Of a DNA stretch of 64,000 nucleotides, positions 63,947 to 64,000 are shown piece after piece. The notes below the pieces were generated by a model. The model ran no database searches. It had not been told where the DNA came from and worked only from the letters and a program-made list of their open reading frames with translations. Origin of the DNA: Antedon mediterranea (taxonomy: Eukaryota; Animalia; Echinodermata). Numbering within the stretch: the stretch's first letter is position 1; each line of letters starts with the position of its first letter. Location of the stretch: positions 9,114,001-9,178,000 of the forward strand of contig NC_092673.1 of the NCBI RefSeq assembly GCF_964355755.1, written 5' to 3'. The position numbers and the translations under genes were made by a program.

Positions 63947-64000
63947 CTCTAGTACAGTAGCTAGATCAACTTTCGTATGCACTTTGAGGTCCAGAGAATT
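63947..64000. mobile_element. Terminus of another copy of the foldback element (runs off the window)
   Basis: TA-CTCTAGTA(CAGTA)GCTAGATCAACTTTCGTATGCACTTTGAGGTCCAGAGAATT is the reverse complement of 30406-30455 apart from a 5-bp duplication. Confidence 0.85.

Overview
AT-rich eukaryotic (metazoan) genomic DNA. The repeat content suggests a marine invertebrate deuterostome such as an echinoderm, but that is inference only. The window is mostly intronic sequence of one minus-strand protein-coding gene that I do not recognise: a start-codon exon at 25823-26226, a phase-compatible exon at 16070-16224, and candidate 5'UTR exons further right. It is densely filled with transposon relics: decayed LINEs (CR1/L2-like, Rex-Babar, RTE), non-autonomous DNA transposons with readable TIRs and TSDs (hAT, Kolobok-like, Tc1/mariner-pogo, Harbinger, piggyBac), Helentron/DINE-1-like (HINE) elements, a 5S+tRNA chimeric SINE and two young minisatellites (29 bp and 40 bp). 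Most notable: (i) a HINE carrying four tRNA-Val(AAC)-derived copies, with an empty sister copy in the same window; (ii) a LINE ORF2 remnant with a 2A/StopGo motif (DVETNPGP) whose upstream leader segment has expanded into a 37x40-bp array; (iii) a ~1.9-kb zero-spacer palindromic element with a Penelope-type hammerhead-like motif in each arm and a MITE inserted at its exact centre; (iv) a five-level nested insertion. No CRISPR array, prokaryotic operon or intact autonomous element was seen. Most ORFs in the supplied track are spurious or are LINE fragments. All calls were made by eye without database searches, so family names are motif-based.
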